This document shows, in pieces, positions 25,250 to 35,897 of a stretch of 64,000 nt of DNA. Source of the stretch: Cirrosporium novae-zelandiae (Eukaryota); NCBI GenBank assembly GCA_026023565.1, contig JAPETS010000027.1:372001-436000 (forward strand), given 5' to 3'. Positions within the stretch are counted from its first letter, which is position 1, and each line of letters starts with the position of its first letter. The position numbers and the translations under genes are program-made. Below the pieces are notes generated by a model. It was not told the DNA's origin, did no database searches, and saw only the letters and a program-made list of their open reading frames with translations.

Positions 25250-26578
25250 ATGCGCTTCTTCTCCTCCACCTCCCCCTCAACCATCTTCTCCAACAACAAC
25301 AAAAACCCCAACGCCCCTAACTCCGCAAACACCAACATGCATCCCGCATCCTGGAAAACCACCCTTCTCTCAACGCTGGGTCTCAGCACCCTAATGGTTC
25401 CGCTAGCCTCGCTGGTTGCTCATGCTGAGGGCGCAAGCCATGCGCTTCAGAATATTTTGCTTAATACGCATGGAAGTGAGGGTTATGGATATCCGACGGA
25501 TTTTACGCAGGGGATTATGCCGGTGTGTATTTTTTAGCTTTGGGGGGTGTACGAGATGTGCGATGCAGGAAATAAACAACCCCACCCTCACCCCCACCTC
25601 CCCGCCTCCTTCCTCCCCCCAAACCCCTCCAACCAAACACCGACAAAACTGACAACCCCAACCCAAACCCAGGTCCCCATCCACAGCCACAACGACTACT
25701 GGCGTCCAGTCCCCTTCTATACAGCCCTATCCGTCGGCTGCGCCTCCGTCGAAGCCGACGTCTGGCTCTTCAACGGAACCCTCTACGTCGGCCACGAGGA
25801 ATCCGCCCTCTCCGCCGATCGCACCCTCCAAAGTCTCTACATAAATCCGATTCTTGATACTCTGAGGAGGGAGAATCCAACGACGCCGTTTGTGGATGGG
25901 GGGGGGACTAGGAAGTATGTATGGGCGTTTTTGTGGTGTTGTTGTTTTTTTTTGGAGAGGGGAGGAAGGGCTATACTGGAAATATTATCAAGTTGTATTG
26001 GCTAACCATAACCCACTTCCCGTAGCGGAGTCTTCGACACCGTATCCCAACAAACGCTCTACCTCCTCATCGACGTAAAAACCGACGGCCCCACAACCTG
26101 GCCCTCCGTAGTCCGAGCCCTAGAACCCCTCCGCACCCTATCCTACCTAACAACCTACAACGCCTCCCTCCCATCCCCCGTAACCAACGGCCCCATAACA
26201 ATAATTGGCACAGGAAATACCCCCCTATCCCAAATAGCCCCACTAAAAATCCGCGATTACTTCTTCGATGCCCCCTTAGCCGAGCTCGAGAACGAGGAAT
26301 ACAAGAACCTGACGGGGGTGGTGGCACCCATGGCGAGTACGAATTTTATGGAGGTGTTTGGGTGGGTTAGGGGTGCTATGAATGAAACGCAAATCAAAGT
26401 GCTGGGGGAGCAGGTTAAGGTTGCGAGGGAGAGGGGGATTATGGCGAGGTATTGGAATACGCCATGGTGGCCGAAGGGGACGAGGAATAGTGTCTGGAGG
26501 ACGCTGTGGGAGGCGGGGGTGGGGTTGTTGAGCGTGGATGAGGTGGAGGAGGCGGTTAGGATGGATTGGTGGGAGTAA
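25250..26578 (+). CDS. AIM6: Aim6-family PLC-like phosphodiesterase
   Basis: YPTDFTQGIMP/VPIHSHNDYWRPVPFYTALSVGCASVEADVW..LYVGHE, LQSLYINPIL, QTLYLLIDVKTDG, RYWNTPWWP. Two introns. The exact start codon is uncertain. Confidence 0.85.
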
Positions 26579-28270
26579 GGTGGTGGCGGTGGTTGTTTGG
26601 TTGGGGGGTTTTTTCCCCCTGAGGGTATATATATGGTTGGTCAGGTCATTAATGGATGGATGGATAGAAAATAATAAAAAATAAATGACTTATATATTTG
26701 ACATTTGCCTGCCTGCCCTGCCCTGCCCTGCCTACCTTTCTAGAGGATTTATTTGACTTCTTCCTCGATGTGCGTGCCCCCTCGGTTTCTATAAATACTT
26801 AACCTAACCTAACCTACCTACTCAACTCAAGAAAAGGAGAAGAAGAAGAAGAAGAAAGGACATACCCATGAGCTACTATAAATCACAAAATCACAATTTA
26901 TCCCTCAACCATTTTATTTCCATCATTCATTTCATTTCCTTGGAACAAGACTCAAAACTCAAACTCAAACAAAGACAAAGATAAAAATAAATAAATAAAA
27001 TAATAACCCTCAAGTCTATCTTAAAACTAATTCATTCTTTCGTTTTCCCTTTCCCCCCCCCCTCTCCCACCTTTTCCCCCAATCTTTTCTTACCCTTTTC
27101 CAAATATTAGAAGTAATTTTCAAGTCGATCAGTCTACGTTCTATGGAAAAAATTCAATACACGCACACACACACACACACAGTACAAGCACAGCAACTTT
27201 CATTATTTATAATTCATTCCCTCACGATAATAATAAACCAGACCCACACACCCCTCAATTTCTCTCTCTCTCTCTGCCCTTTACCTTTTTAAAAAAAAAA
27301 ATCCAGCCAATTTTTTATAATAATTAATATCTATGATGGTTAGAGTATATATAGTAATTCAAGGTAAGGATTAGACTTTTCATCCATAATTAATGAAACC
27401 TATACAAGGCCATCTAGTGAAATTGTGTACATAATAAAAAGTAAAGGAAACAGATAATAATAAAAAAAAAAAAAAAGGCAGATTGAACTATCAAGGTCGT
27501 TTGGACTTTATCCATGAAGATTAATTATATAGACTAAAGAGTTACACCCCGATCTACAATAGTCTACTTTAATCATCATCTTATCTCCACGTGACCTTAT
27601 CTAATCTAATTCATATTTATATAAACCAAAATAGACTTTAAGCAAATCAAGGCCTTAGTCTAGTCAGTCTGTCTGGTCCATTCCCCTTCCCTGGGAGTAT
27701 GTACCCAGACCATGAAACCTCATATGGAAGCATATTCCAAATTTCCATGACATTGACTTCCGCAATAAGTCCTTTTTCCCTCCAGATTCTCCAGACAACC
27801 CTTGACACTATCAAAGGAAGCTAGAAATGGAGCATTTTGCGCCATCGTAAGGGGACCCCCCCACCCTAGGGCTAGTTACACGATCCTAAGCCCCTCGCGC
27901 TACGCAAACTTGGAAAATTCATAAATTTCAAAATCTCACTTGTGTTATTCTAAGGCTCTCTCTCTCCATTCTTCTTCTTCCCCACACCAACTTTAGTATT
28001 CCCTTGACAGGATCGAAACATAGTCTTTGGGTATTTTTTTTCAGGCATAGCCCCTAGGATCGTGGAGTAGTTGGATTTGTTGTGGTTGGGATCGTAGGCC
28101 TTTTGGGCTTGTTCCTTGATGTTGTTGTCGTCGAGGGTTTTTTGCTCCTTACGAGCGCGCCACCCTCGTTTGTGACATAGGGAGCGTTGCTCCAACCATT
28201 TCCCTTCTCCCTTTTCTACCTCCCGCGTCACAATCATCGCCCATCGGCTAAGGCCTTCACACGATCGCAA

Positions 28271-28738
28271 TCAGACGTGGTGATGGCATTTGGTCAGAAG
28301 TTGTTTGGAGAAGTCCAGGGCTTTTTTGATGTGGTCCTTCAAGGCCTTAAGCCGTCCTTTCTTTATAGGAGGGGGCGGTGGACCGGCTATACTCTCAGGT
28401 TGGAGAGAAGGAACATCTCCTTGATGAATATGTGTGTTTGTCGAGGATTCGCTATCCATGTGTTCAACGAAGCGAGATTGTTGATGAGTATGGAAATGTA
28501 CTCGCGTCAAAGTTGAAGTGTTGCCGACATTTAAAGCCCCCCTGAGTGGACTTGATGGGTGAGAGACATGCGGTTCGGTTACGCTGGTCTGAGATGATGC
28601 GAACTCCTGAATACTGCGAGATGTGCAGTTGCTGCTGTAAAGGGTCTCCGCCGAAGAGGAAAAATGACGATCGCCACTACCGAAGGGGGCGAATGAGCTA
28701 CAAGGAATTTCTGGGAGGAGAAAGTTAGGGTCAGTCAT
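28271..28738 (-). CDS. Possible small orphan protein (Ser-rich, basic C-terminus)
   Basis: First ATG of the 222-codon open frame at 28738 (MTDPNFLLPE...). No domain recognised. Confidence 0.3.
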   Translation of the reverse strand: MTDPNFLLPEIPCSSFAPFGSGDRHFSSSAETLYSSNCTSRSIQEFASSQTSVTEPHVSHPSSPLRGALNVGNTSTLTRVHFHTHQQSRFVEHMDSESSTNTHIHQGDVPSLQPESIAGPPPPPIKKGRLKALKDHIKKALDFSKQLLTKCHHHV

Positions 28739-29398
28739 TCTGGATTTTTGAGAAGGGGGGTTCAGAAATGTGGCCAAGCTCAGTGGAATGAAACGATCGA
28801 CGATGAGCGGGGACAAAGAATGATCGATAAGTGATATTGATACAATACTACTAGCGAGGAAGCTATGGATAGTTAGATGATGAAGGATTGAAAGGATAGA
28901 AGTGCGAGAGAGGGGGGGTAGATTATAAAAGGATAGCAATTCTGATATCTATCCATTCGGCCTCTTCCACTGAAACCCAAGAACCATAAGATTTTACAAG
29001 ACCACTGTTACCATATCACCTAATTCCCCAATTTCCAGTCCTCAAAAGAATAACTTTTCCTTTCCTGACCGAGTTAGTTTTTCTCCCCCCCCCCCTTTGA
29101 GCCCATTTTCAAATCTTCTACCTTTTTTTTTTTTTTTTAAACTCTTTAGTTGAAATGTGATGATTTACCGAAGGAGATGATTATATTATAAAGAAATGTT
29201 TTAGAAATAGCTATATGAAAAGAAAAAACTCTATTTCAAACTAGGGGATTTATCCATATACTTACTTGCTTTAAGACTTTCTTGTAGTGATAATACCCTA
29301 AAAAAAAAAAAGCTTATATGAATCTCATTCATTCATCCAATGAACACAAACATCTCCTCGAATTCAATATCCCGTAGTTGAGGAAAAACTGTCCAGGC

Positions 29399-30559
29399 CT
29401 ATATATTTCCATTCCTAGAATCTAGTGTCGTTACGGTCCTGTCTGCGTTTGCGTGTTGCAGCGCTCGAAGATCTCGCCGATGGGCGTTGTTGACTCTGTC
29501 AAAGTTTGCCGATATCCCCCTCCTGTGGAACTGGTCGGTGCCTGGGGTCGCTGTATCGATGGAGCTAGTCTCCAAATGAATGGAACTTGCTGTAATCTCG
29601 GTCCTCCAGACAGTAACTTTTGTACTAACAGTATTTGCTGCTGTAGAGTAATTCGCTCTACTCGCCGTATCCGTATTACTATTGCCACTCCACGGCCATC
29701 GCATACAAGCCAAATTTACCTGTATATGATCCTCATAGTTTTCCTCCGCGACGGACGGATACGATGCTGTAACCACCACAAACACAGAATCTAAAAATGT
29801 ATCAAGCACCTTATCATTCATAATTCTTCCAAACCAAGTGAACTCATCACTTCCACTGGGAATAAGCCCCGTATAATTTGCGTCCTCAGCTCTGATGTGC
29901 CCAGAAAGCATTTCCAAGCTATTTCCACCGTATGTTGAAGTAACTAGGTTCGGTAGGCACCCTAGATCTTCTAGGAAGAGTTCTTCAGATAGAGACGTCG
30001 CGTTTCTGCCAGTAAAGGGATATTCTTCCCCAAGATTGGCGACAGCCCAGGAGAGGGGATCCACGCCCGTTAGACGACTGGAGATGGCAACAGACATCAT
30101 GTGTTTGAGGTAGTTGGTATAACTTTTGGAACAGGTGGTGCCAAGGAGGCCGCTGCAGCCTCCACTTGAGCCACCAGGAATACCTGTGCCGGTGGTGTTG
30201 AAGTAGGGTGAGAACGGAACGACCAAGGAAGCAATCGAAAAGTTAAGGTTCTCGCCAGGGGTGATGTTATAGGTATCATAGGTGAGGTAAAGAGAAGTTT
30301 TGAGAGCAGAGGATGAGCCAATTGAGTCGGAGGTGTTGGAGGTGGATGGAAAAATAATGGTTGCCGCCTCAATCGCGTAGACGAGTTGCGGAGGGGTAGG
30401 GAATATTGGAAAGGCAATTTCAGTTGTCAGTTTTGCGGTGGGATTAATGCAGCTGAGGTTAGTAAAAAGACAGGCGGAATCGATATTCGTCGCTGCCCGC
30501 ATAAGGAGAGAGGAGAAAGGAATGTGAAAGAGGGCGGAGAGATTCCTTAGGGAGGCCAT
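29399..30559 (-). CDS. Hypothetical, probably secreted Cys-containing Ser/Thr-rich protein
   Basis: 386-aa intronless ORF with a hydrophobic N-terminus, GGCSGLLGTTC and ACM Cys motifs, many N-x-S/T sequons and a Thr-rich tail. Confidence 0.6.
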   Translation of the reverse strand: MASLRNLSALFHIPFSSLLMRAATNIDSACLFTNLSCINPTAKLTTEIAFPIFPTPPQLVYAIEAATIIFPSTSNTSDSIGSSSALKTSLYLTYDTYNITPGENLNFSIASLVVPFSPYFNTTGTGIPGGSSGGCSGLLGTTCSKSYTNYLKHMMSVAISSRLTGVDPLSWAVANLGEEYPFTGRNATSLSEELFLEDLGCLPNLVTSTYGGNSLEMLSGHIRAEDANYTGLIPSGSDEFTWFGRIMNDKVLDTFLDSVFVVVTASYPSVAEENYEDHIQVNLACMRWPWSGNSNTDTASRANYSTAANTVSTKVTVWRTEITASSIHLETSSIDTATPGTDQFHRRGISANFDRVNNAHRRDLRALQHANADRTVTTLDSRNGNI

Positions 30560-30943
30560 CTTGGTTGACTTTGGATAGGACTATAAAGAATGCGGTGTCA
30601 AGATGAGATGACGGCATTGCGCGAAACGAATGTGAAGGTTGTGTGAAAAAGAAGAGAGAGAAGCTGAATATATTGATGTGATTCATGTTGAATGAGGTGG
30701 AAGTGTTGGTGGTTCTGGCAATGAGAATCACGTGGCTAGAAAAGTGGAAGTAAGTAAATATCGAGGCCTTATGTCTTCATACTTTTGACTACAAACTGAC
30801 GCATCTTTAAATGGAATAATTCATTATAGGATGGTGAGTCTATGCACCAAAGAAGTATATTTGATACTGGGGGCCGCTTCAAACCTATAGAAATCACATA
30901 GCGCCTTATGGTTTTATAGACCTGGACTCCAGAACACCATGTT

Positions 30944-33561
30944 CTAATTCTGCAAAGTCTTTAAATAACCATCATGCGCCTTTTTCTGTCTCTCCCAATT
31001 TTTGACCAAGTTTTTTCTTTTATTCTTTGGCAATTCCTCTCCCTTTGCATCCTTTGTGGGAATACCCTTCTCATCCCATTCGCTATACTCTTCTGTCATC
31101 GTCTTGTACATCATCTCAGGTGGGATTTTTGCCAAGTCTGCCTTCTTCTTCTCTTCTGCCATCCGGGCTGCCTTCTGCTCCGCCTTCTTCCTCTCACGCT
31201 CTTCCTTCTCTTCCCGTGCAGCAATATCTTCGCGTGTTAGTTTTCGGATGAGTGCAGGATAACCTTCAATGTCTTCGAGATAAATCCCATGTTTCCAAAG
31301 CCCATCGTTGCGAACACGGTCGGAAGTTTCGAGTACTTGCTTTGCTACAGTGATCTTCTTATCAGGAGATCCCTTGCAATGTAGCAAGTCAGTTTCAAAT
31401 TTCTCTAGGAGTTTATAAAAAGAGCTTGAATCCATTGTTTTAGCATCCAGGTTCATGACTTCAAAATTAGCCATGTTGCACATGTCAAAAATGGCCCCCT
31501 TTTCTAAGATTTGGGCAGATGAAATTGCTGCTTTTCGCACCGAATCGCGTAGGTGCGATAGCGCAATAAGAATTTTCTCCTCACTAAGTAGGATCCCAAG
31601 ACTTATGCCATCCCAGCCAACCTCGGTGCTTGACACTAGCGCACTGCCGTTCAATCCCAGCATGTTGACCATCTGGGTGATCCAAGTAGCGACTTCTTTG
31701 ACAATGTCGCAATTGGGTTTGTCTGTAGTTCTGTTTTCTGATTTGTAGAATTGGGTAATTAACGAGGAAATGGAATTGATGGCATCTCTGGTATTGAAAG
31801 AATCAAGAAGCGCTTCGCGGAACTTCTCCTTGCTTTCTACAAGAGCCTTCTGGAGTTGTTCCGAGTCGGAACCTGAATAGTTTGTGTGCTTCACCCTTAG
31901 GAAGAAATTGTTGAGTCTATCCTCCCACGAGGTGGCTTCTTTTCGCATATCATCTGTAATTTCCATCTTGTCATTCCAATTACCGAGCAAGAAGACAATT
32001 CTCAGACCTCTCGGGGTCCAGCCGGCGGATAGTCCTTCGCGAATCGTAGTGAAGTTTTTTAATGACTTGGACATCTTCAATCCCTTGATTTCTAGATGAC
32101 CCATATGCATAAAGTAGTTGACCCATTGGTGCTCATTGGTATTTTCCGGATGGCTCAATTTATCATGCCAGTATGCCTCGCTTTGAGCAAGTTCATTATC
32201 GTGATGCGGGAAAGCCAGGTCAATGCCCCCAGAATGGATGTCCATCTGCTTGCCTAGCTTGTCTGAGGCCATAGCTGAGCATTCAATATGCCATCCTGGT
32301 CTCCCTTCTCCCCATGGGCTTGGCCATCTTGGCTCACCAGGTTTGGACGCCTTCCAAAGGGCAAAATCGGCATCATTTCGTTTAGCTGAAGTCTTGCTTG
32401 TCAATGAACCTTCGCCATCTGCGAGTAATGCCTTGTCATTCCGATTCCAGGGCTCCAATCTGGCGTAGGGGCTTCCTGCGGCTTCAAATGCGCTGATATC
32501 AAAATAGACAGACCCATCTGATGTTTCGTAACCAAATCCATTTGCTTCAATCTTCTGCACAAATTTAACGATCTGGTCAATATACTCCGTCACCCTAGTT
32601 ATTTCATCCGGGTCCCGAACATTGAGTGAGCGCATATCCTCCATGAACCTATCCTCGAAAAGCCTCGCCAGCTTATTGAATATTTCATAATCTTTTACAT
32701 CAGAGCCTTCCTTCTTGTCAAGGTAAGGCATCAAAATGTCCTCCAGGGTATACAAGAACTTTTCGGACGGGTCTGATAACTGCGCCTTCGATATTGCCTC
32801 CGACGATGCCGCAACTGTCTTCTGGTTCTTTTCGATGACTGCTGGATCCTCTAGAAAAGGTCAGCTGGGGAACTCCACGGACCTTGTATAAACCAACCTA
32901 GCGTCTTCACCTTCTCTTCCAACGCTGCCAAAGCTTCCTTGGCAACCTTCAGAACATCCTCATCGATTTTCTGGTGATCGTAGCAAAATTTCTCCAGTAA
33001 GAACCGCTGTCTCGACCTTAGAATAATTTTGTCATCAACATCAGTGATGTTCATAACAAAATGCACATCATAGCCAAAATAATCTTTCATGATCCTCCGA
33101 ATGATATCGGTGGTAACATAGTTTCTTGCATGACCCAAATGTGCATCGTCGTACACGGTAGCTATATTAGGGCAGCCGCGTCAGCGAAAGCTACTTTGAT
33201 ATAAGGCGAGGAATGGCTTACGGCCACAAGCATACCACGACACCTTCTTGCCCTCGGGGTCAATTGGTATGAATGATTCTTTTGAGCGGGTAAGAGAGTT
33301 GAAGACTTTCAGTGGGGTGAATTTGGTATTCTCCGAATGTTTCGGTGGAGCCCATGGGGGTTGTCTGGAGGCCATATCGGAAGGTTTTATATGGCCTGGT
33401 TTCAAAGCGGGACTCGAAAGAAACCTTGACGGGGAGCGATGTACGGCACTTGATATTAAAATTGAACTACGAGAGCATGAAATCCCACAGAGTTGTCCGG
33501 GTTTGGAGAAATTTCTGAGGGACACAATGGGGATGCGAAAAATGAGAATGTGGGGAAGCAT
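30944..33561 (-). CDS. CRS1: Cysteinyl-tRNA synthetase (cytosolic ATG 33375; in-frame upstream ATG 33561)
   Basis: [20 protein letters not shown] (HIGH variant), [51 protein letters not shown]. Two short introns. Confidence 0.96.
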
Positions 33562-33837
33562 CAAACAGAGGGACAAAAGAGGGACTGTCACAGTCACAGT
33601 CACAGTTGGGTATGAGTCGACTGATGTGAAGGGCCAATGCGAGGTACCGAGGGGCTGAAAGCGGAAAGCTTAGCGGGATAACTTTTGGTGGTAGATCCTC
33701 CGATAAGATAAACTTTAAACCTCCAACTTTTTCTTCAGCTTCAATATTGTCAATATCCGGACAAGACTATGTATGCCATTGCATCTCGCTTTTACATTTT
33801 TATAAATTAGTTTCTATTTATTTACAAAATAGCCACC

Positions 33838-35625
33838 ATGGCGACTCCACATTTTACACCTTCTCCTTTCTTCGATCACGGTCCAACTGCCACTGACAAC
33901 ACCCTCTCACTCCTCCATCTGTCCCGTGACGCCCTCGAACCGCTCATCTTACATTCCCAAGACGTTGACAACGAAGGCTACTCGGAAGGAAAAGTAACAA
34001 ACACACGATTTGGGTCGTTTCCCCACAGTACACTCATTGGTACCCCATGGGGGTCCCAGGTCCTGGCCTCGAAGGTCGATACAGGAACTCGAGGACGAAG
34101 AAATCCTGGAGTGAAGTCGAAGAAGAGCCTTAAGAGGAAAAGGAACAATGATGGTGACGGAGATAACGATGCATCTACCCCAATGACAGGAGATAATGGG
34201 GACAACGAGAATGTGGAATACAAAAAAGCTGTAGCAGCTTCGTCGGGTTTCGCTCACCTGCTCCCCCCCACGCCCGAGTCCTGGACTAGCTCTCTTCCCC
34301 ACCGCACACAGGTTGTATACACGCCAGATTATAGCTATATTCTGCATCGCCTCCGCGCCCGTCCTGGTAGTGTTCTCATCGAAGCAGGCGCTGGAAGTGG
34401 ATCTTTCACGCATGCTGCAGCTCGCGCAGTTTTCAATGGCTATCCTTCCTCCGAACCAAACCCTCAAGAACACCCCGAATCATCCAATGGCCTTCCTCAA
34501 TTCCCTCCCCAGAAAAAACGGAAACATTACGGCCATGTCTACAGCTACGAATTTCACCTCCCACGTTCTGAAAAAATTCGCGAAGAGCTCCAAGAACACG
34601 CCATCGACTCTATAGTAACAGTAACGCACCGAGACGTCTGCAATGACGGCTTTCTCCTCCCTTCTTCATCCCCATCTCCATCCTCCGACAAACCATCCAT
34701 ATCCCCGAAAGCCACAGCCGTATTCCTCGACCTCCCAGCCCCCTGGCTCGCCCTCCGCAACCTCACCCGAGCCTCTCCCTCCCCCCTCTCCTCAACCCAC
34801 CCAGTTCACGTCTGCTGCTTCATTCCCTGCATCGAACAAGCCACAAAAACAGTAAACACGCTGCGTCAACTAAACTGGACCTCTATCTCCATGGTCGCCC
34901 TCTCAGCCCACCGAATCGAAGTCCGCCGCGAGCGCGTTGGCCTCCGCGAGGTCGACGGCCCCCAGCGCGGTGTTGTAAATCTCCCGAAAGACGTCTCCGA
35001 AGCGCTCGGCCGTCTCCGTGAGCAAGAAGAACGCGCCCGTAAAAGTCGCGAAATTCAGGTTCAAGCGAACAATGCCAACGGGGGAAGCGGAGGCGGCGAG
35101 CCCGATGATGCTGATGAAGTTGATGAGAGACCAATGCCGTCCAAGATCCCTGCTCCCGAACCCCTAGACCGTCCACTCTACAGCGCCGGCACCATCATCC
35201 ACCGTTCGGAACCAGATCTCAAGACGCATACTTCGTTTCTGGTCTTTGCCGTCTTGCCAGCTGAGTGGACGCAGGAGGATGAGGAGAGGTGTGCGAGGGA
35301 GTGGCCTGTTAGAGCCGTGAATAGCAATAAAGCAGAGAAGGATGGGAAGAAGAAATGGGAGAATAGGGTGAGGGAGGATGGGAAGATGAGTAAGAGGGCG
35401 ATAAGAAGGGCGGAGAAGGAAAGGAAGAAAAAGGAGGAGGAGAAGGTAAATGGGGATGGGGATGTGGATGTGAATGTGGATGTGGATGGGAAGGTGGGGG
35501 TGAAGGCGGAGGAGGAGGTGGGTGATGAGGTCAAGGATGAGGATGGCGATTTGGGGATGGTAGAAACTGGCCTCGAGGGGGCGGTGGGAGCTGATCTAGA
35601 AATGAGAATCAAAAGTGAAGAATAA
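33838..35625 (+). CDS. TRM61: tRNA (adenine58-N1)-methyltransferase catalytic subunit
   Basis: NTRFGSFPH, PTPESWTSSLPHRTQVVYTPD, IEAGAGSGSFTH SAM motif, HRDVC, FLDLPAPW, PCIEQ, KTHTSFLVFA. Intronless. Confidence 0.95.
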   Translation: MATPHFTPSPFFDHGPTATDNTLSLLHLSRDALEPLILHSQDVDNEGYSEGKVTNTRFGSFPHSTLIGTPWGSQVLASKVDTGTRGRRNPGVKSKKSLKRKRNNDGDGDNDASTPMTGDNGDNENVEYKKAVAASSGFAHLLPPTPESWTSSLPHRTQVVYTPDYSYILHRLRARPGSVLIEAGAGSGSFTHAAARAVFNGYPSSEPNPQEHPESSNGLPQFPPQKKRKHYGHVYSYEFHLPRSEKIREELQEHAIDSIVTVTHRDVCNDGFLLPSSSPSPSSDKPSISPKATAVFLDLPAPWLALRNLTRASPSPLSSTHPVHVCCFIPCIEQATKTVNTLRQLNWTSISMVALSAHRIEVRRERVGLREVDGPQRGVVNLPKDVSEALGRLREQEERARKSREIQVQANNANGGSGGGEPDDADEVDERPMPSKIPAPEPLDRPLYSAGTIIHRSEPDLKTHTSFLVFAVLPAEWTQEDEERCAREWPVRAVNSNKAEKDGKKKWENRVREDGKMSKRAIRRAEKERKKKEEEKVNGDGDVDVNVDVDGKVGVKAEEEVGDEVKDEDGDLGMVETGLEGAVGADLEMRIKSEE

Positions 35626-35897
35626 CCTCGAAATACAGCGACGGTTATACATCGGCGAATCTTCACTAGGGTTAGAATATATAAGACAATTATCATAATA
35701 CAAAAGGGCCTTTGCAAACATGGTATCATTTGATCTCATGGCATCCGAAATCACATGCTTCCCTCAATTGGGACACACGGATCCTACTCCTATATACACT
35801 GCGTAAACCTCCCCGACTGACGGGCAGGTCAAATCTCATGACGATAAAATGCAGTAGAGCTCCCCCCAACAAGCGAGCAAGCCATAATAATAAACTC

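Noticed and set aside
24250..27600. TTAGGG-like words and many short tandem repeats (GATT, AT, AC, CT, AAG)
   Set aside because: Isolated low-complexity intergenic sequence, not telomeric arrays or CRISPR.
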